From a virus, in IMG/VR virus record IMGVR_UViG_3300002461_000252, positions 1 through 43,108 of that record: a stretch of 43,108 nt of DNA, one strand, 5' to 3'. The stretch's first letter is position 1, and the number at the start of each line of letters is the position of its first letter. Position numbers and translations under genes: made by a program. Positions 40,007 to 43,108 of the stretch are shown in pieces. The notes beneath the pieces are model-generated. The model searched no databases. It was not told the DNA's origin and saw only the letters and a list, made by a program, of their open reading frames with translations.

Positions 40007-40510
40007 ATGGCCGGATCAGTCAACAAAGTTATCCTTATCGGCAACCTCGGAAAAGACCCCGAAATGCGCCGCACTCAGGACGGCAAGCCAATCGCCAACC
40101 TCACGGTTGCGACCTCCGAAAGCTGGCGCGACAAGTCGTCAGGCGAGCGCAAAGAGAAAACCGAGTGGCACCGTGTGGTGATTTTCAGCGAAGGGCTCTG
40201 CAAGATCGCTGAGCAGTACCTGAAGAAGGGCTCGAAGGTTTACCTGGAGGGTTCGTTACAGACCCGCAAGTGGACGGATCAGGCCGGCGTCGAAAAGTAT
40301 TCGACCGAGGTCGTCCTACAGCAGTTCGGCGGTGTGCTGACAATGCTTGACGGCCCGGCTAAGGCCGCAAGCGACGATGAACACCATGACCAGCGGCCAA
40401 TCAGTGAGCGAGCCGCTCCGAAGCGACCGGACCCGATTTCCAGCGGCCCCGGACACGTCCGTCACAACGACATAAACGACGATATTCCTTTCAGTGCGGA
40501 GTTCCGATGA
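40007..40510 (+). CDS. ssb: single-stranded DNA-binding protein
   Basis: [16 protein letters not shown]...[11 protein letters not shown]-fold signature and a C-terminal DDIPF tail. Confidence 0.95.
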   Translation: MAGSVNKVILIGNLGKDPEMRRTQDGKPIANLTVATSESWRDKSSGERKEKTEWHRVVIFSEGLCKIAEQYLKKGSKVYLEGSLQTRKWTDQAGVEKYSTEVVLQQFGGVLTMLDGPAKAASDDEHHDQRPISERAAPKRPDPISSGPGHVRHNDINDDIPFSAEFR

Positions 40511-40902
40511 GCCGCGCAACCCTCGTTCTTGTCAGTCCCGACGTTCGCGACCGCGCCACCCGCTGGATTGCGCAGGCGAAGCCGGGAACCCGTGTGGAAT
40601 TCAAGGAAGCCAAACGCTCGCTTCCGCAGAACGACCGCTTCTGGGCGATGCTGACAGACGTTGCAACACAGGTTGTGTGGCATGGCCGCAAACTCACGCC
40701 GGATGACTGGAAATACATCTTCCTGGATGCGCTCAAGCGCGAGGTCCGCGCGGTGCCAAACATCGACGGTACTGGCTTTGTGAACATCGGCCGCTCGTCA
40801 TCAGATCTGAGCAAGGCCGAAATGTCGGACCTACTCGAATTGATTGCTGCCTTCGGCGCAAACCACGGCGTCACGTTCCATGAGCCGGAGACGGCAGTAT
40901 GA
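40507..40902 (+). CDS. ninB: NinB/Orf-family recombination mediator
   Basis: [36 protein letters not shown]...[14 protein letters not shown] aligns by eye with lambda NinB. Confidence 0.85.
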   Translation: MSRATLVLVSPDVRDRATRWIAQAKPGTRVEFKEAKRSLPQNDRFWAMLTDVATQVVWHGRKLTPDDWKYIFLDALKREVRAVPNIDGTGFVNIGRSSSDLSKAEMSDLLELIAAFGANHGVTFHEPETAV

Positions 40903-41471
40903 TCTGCACATTTTGTCAGAAAGACTTTCAGCGGTCTTACCGGATCAGCGCGGCACGGGCAGCGCGCCCGCAATTCTGCTCTAAGGCGTGCTACGGCCTG
41001 CATCATGCCGCCAAGAGTGCGGCGGCCTTCGCTGGCAAGTTTTGGGCGCGCCTCAAACCGGCTAACGAGCGCGGCTGTCGAGAATGGAGCGGAAGGACGT
41101 ATTTCCGCTATGGGCTGGTGGATCTCGCCAACAAGCCCCAGATGGCGCATCGCGTCGCCTATTATCTTGCTACCGGCCAAGAGCCGGGAGAATTGGATGT
41201 TTGCCACACGTGCGATAATCCGCCCTGCTGCACACCAGAGCATCTGTGGCTGGGCACCCACCTGGAAAACATGCAGGACCGGACGGCCAAGGGCCGCAGC
41301 AACCCGCCAAAACTGCGCGGCGAGGCACACGGCCAAGCAAAACTAGACGCCGCCGCAGTGCGGGCCATCAGGGCCAGTTCGGAGCGAGATAGCAAGTTGG
41401 CTTTGCAGTACGGCGTGACGGCAGCGAACATTTATCGCGTAAAGGCCCGCATCTCATGGAGGCACGTCTGA
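40899..41471 (+). CDS. HNH endonuclease with a C-terminal HTH
   Basis: AHRVAYYLATG...VCHTCDNPPCCTPEHLWLGTHLENMQDR motif. Confidence 0.85.
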   Translation: MICTFCQKDFQRSYRISAARAARPQFCSKACYGLHHAAKSAAAFAGKFWARLKPANERGCREWSGRTYFRYGLVDLANKPQMAHRVAYYLATGQEPGELDVCHTCDNPPCCTPEHLWLGTHLENMQDRTAKGRSNPPKLRGEAHGQAKLDAAAVRAIRASSERDSKLALQYGVTAANIYRVKARISWRHV

Positions 41472-41836
41472 TGTCTCGCTCGACTGAGGAGTGGATCGGA
41501 AAGAACGACGACACGGCTATACCACCGCGCGTCAAGATCCGGGTTTTCGAGAAACACAATGGATATTGCCAGGACTGCGAATTGCAGATCAGAGGCAAGT
41601 TGCTGCCGGCTTACGACCACATCATAGCCCTGATCAACGGCGGCCAGAACCGTGAGAGCAATATCACGCTTCTTTGCGTGCCATGCCATGCGGTCAAGAC
41701 GCGCGCAGACGTTGCCGAGAAGTCAGTGACTGCCCGCAAGCGCGCCAAAGCTATCGGGGTCAAGAAGCCACGCACCATCACACGCTGGCGCCGGTTCGAC
41801 GGATCAATTCGAGAAGCCGGACGTACCCGGTGCTGA
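41471..41836 (+). CDS. HNH endonuclease (HNHc type)
   Basis: CQDCE...YDHIIALINGGQNRESNITLLCVPCHAVKT. The ATG overlaps the upstream stop (TGATG). Confidence 0.85.
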   Translation: MSRSTEEWIGKNDDTAIPPRVKIRVFEKHNGYCQDCELQIRGKLLPAYDHIIALINGGQNRESNITLLCVPCHAVKTRADVAEKSVTARKRAKAIGVKKPRTITRWRRFDGSIREAGRTRC

Positions 41837-41849
41837 AGGGAGAGTTCTG

Positions 41850-42032
41850 ATGTCATGGGAACGGTTTAACGACCAATTCCGCGAGACGTTTGACGAAACG
41901 CAGGACCGCTGGCGCGCGACCAGAGCGAAGCGCAAAGCCGAAGGCAAATGCTGGCAATGCGCCAAGCTGATCGCCGAATGCAAATGCCCGAACATCGATC
42001 ACTCCACCGCGCTCCGGCCCCCACACTTGTGA
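41850..42032 (+). CDS. small Cys-containing protein (60 aa)
   Basis: GGGAGAG SD. Contains CWQC..CKC. Confidence 0.6.
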   Translation: MSWERFNDQFRETFDETQDRWRATRAKRKAEGKCWQCAKLIAECKCPNIDHSTALRPPHL

Positions 42033-42078
42033 TGACAATTTTGTAGCAGTGCGTACCAACCCCAACGAAGGAAACAGA

Positions 42079-42324
42079 ATGGCACACGTTTTCGAAGGCA
42101 AGCCGGATGATCGGCAGGCTGATACCGCAATCCCGGTCAGCCGCTTCCGGCCGAAGTATCGGGCGCTCACGGATGACGAGAAGGCGCTGCACGACGCCCT
42201 GAAAGACAAGGCCGGCGAACTGGAAGCCTTGTACGCCAAGGTTAAGCCTGGCCGCTACAACGCGCTGGCGATCACCTCGCTCGAACAGTCCGTCATGTGG
42301 ATCGTCAAGGAACTCACGTCATGA
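42079..42324 (+). CDS. small helical phage protein, possibly N4 gp49/Sf6 gp66 (Acb2-like) type (81 aa)
   Basis: GAAGGAAA SD. C-terminal block GRYNALAITSLEQSVMWIVKELT. The family assignment is from memory only. Confidence 0.65.
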   Translation: MAHVFEGKPDDRQADTAIPVSRFRPKYRALTDDEKALHDALKDKAGELEALYAKVKPGRYNALAITSLEQSVMWIVKELTS

Positions 42325-42599
42325 CCGATCGCCTCGGAGACGCCCCGATTCAACAGAAGTACCACGACCTCATGAACACCGTGGCGCGCGGCTTGGACGA
42401 GGTGTTCAACGGGGCGGCCAAGGGTGCCGAACGGGAGACCGGCTTTGTGTTGATGGTCTATCCGTTCGGCAACCTCGCCAGCGGCGATGCGCGCTGCAAC
42501 TACATTTCGAACGGGGCGGATCGCAGGGACGTGGTGACGCTCATGAAGGAAATGATCGCGCGCTTTGAGGGTCAGCCTGAAATGACGGGGAAAGCCTGA
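42321..42599 (+). CDS. hypothetical protein (92 aa)
   Basis: The ATG overlaps the upstream stop (ATGA). Confidence 0.65.
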   Translation: MTDRLGDAPIQQKYHDLMNTVARGLDEVFNGAAKGAERETGFVLMVYPFGNLASGDARCNYISNGADRRDVVTLMKEMIARFEGQPEMTGKA

Positions 42600-42859
42600 T
42601 GTCTCAGTTTCAATCTCAGCCAGGCAGTGCGCTTGCCAGCAACGAAATCGCCTTGCTCGTATGGCTGAGCAAGGAAGACGGCCAGTATGGCGAGTGCTAC
42701 GGCGGCACGCTTGACGGCCTGATCGCGAAGGGCCTCGCCAAGGTCCAAAGCGAGGAGAGTGGCCTAAACAACAGCTTTATCTCCAAGGGCACGTCGATCA
42801 TGTACCGCGCCGTTTCGATAACGGATGCCGGCCGCGCGGCCTTGGGGGCATCGTCATGA
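42599..42859 (+). CDS. hypothetical protein (86 aa)
   Basis: TGATG and ATGA coupling. Confidence 0.65.
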   Translation: MSQFQSQPGSALASNEIALLVWLSKEDGQYGECYGGTLDGLIAKGLAKVQSEESGLNNSFISKGTSIMYRAVSITDAGRAALGASS

Positions 42860-43108
42860 CCACTCCCAAGACAGCACCGTCCGAGCCGATGAACCTAACC
42901 AATTCGGTTCGCTGTGCTCTGGCAAGGCACGACGCGGGCCACGCATGGGAAGTCGATCCCGAGGATGTCGCGAGGTTGCTTGCGGACTACGATCGGCTGG
43001 CTGTGCCACGATCAGACGTGCAGACCGAGCACGCATCCCCGCGCGATTGGACGCCAGAGCAATTCTGGGAATACGCGGAGGGCCTTACCGACACATTCAC
43101 GTGCAATG
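42856..43108 (+). CDS. 5' portion of the junction-spanning Cys-rich protein (continues at nt 37)
   Basis: The ATG overlaps the upstream stop. There is no stop codon before the window end, and the frame continues into 37..395. Confidence 0.7.
   Translation, partial: MTTPKTAPSEPMNLTNSVRCALARHDAGHAWEVDPEDVARLLADYDRLAVPRSDVQTEHASPRDWTPEQFWEYAEGLTDTFTCN
43073..43108. repeat. second copy of the 36-bp terminal identity
   Basis: Identical to nt 1-36. Confidence 0.95.

Overview
The window is one complete, GC-rich temperate phage genome written as a linearised circle. Nt 1-36 are identical to nt 43073-43108, and one ORF reads across that junction, giving a unique length of 43,072 bp. The layout is lambda-like.

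**Genetic switch (about 36.2-37.0 kb).** A cI-like and a cro-like gene diverge from a region with three AGGAC-N5-GTCCT operators. A second operator pair overlies a TTGACG-N17-TAGAAC promoter.

**Plus-strand early arm (about 36986 across the junction to 5826).** It carries many small Cys-rich ORFs and a protein with 34 consecutive Cys-x-x triplets, encoded by 32 tandem 9-bp repeats. It also carries a Rad52-type annealase, SSB, NinB, two HNH nucleases and a tRNA-Thr(UGU). Xis-like and tyrosine integrase genes sit next to an attP that mimics the 3' part of a tRNA-Pro. Beyond attP are further HNH/NUMOD4-like genes.

**Minus-strand arm, early part (36418 down to 31157).** It encodes a DUF551-like protein, a protein that has only the DnaA domain IV, a mini-GcrA, RusA and a GapR/DUF2312 homologue. 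A putative replication gene contains nine phased CGTTAC iterons.

**Minus-strand arm, late part (down to 6085).** An intrinsic terminator sits directly upstream of the late genes. A P22-like, podovirus-style morphogenesis module follows: TerS, TerL, portal, scaffold, capsid, ejection-type proteins, tail fibres and a beta-helix tailspike. Next come a lysis cassette and a distal cluster of small membrane or secreted proteins.

**Oppositely oriented inserts.** A SAM-methyltransferase cassette lies between the tailspike and the endolysin. A possible 2-TM ORF lies inside the virion operon.

No rRNA, CRISPR array, transposase or reverse transcriptase was seen. All functions are assigned from motifs read by eye and from gene order; no database search was run.
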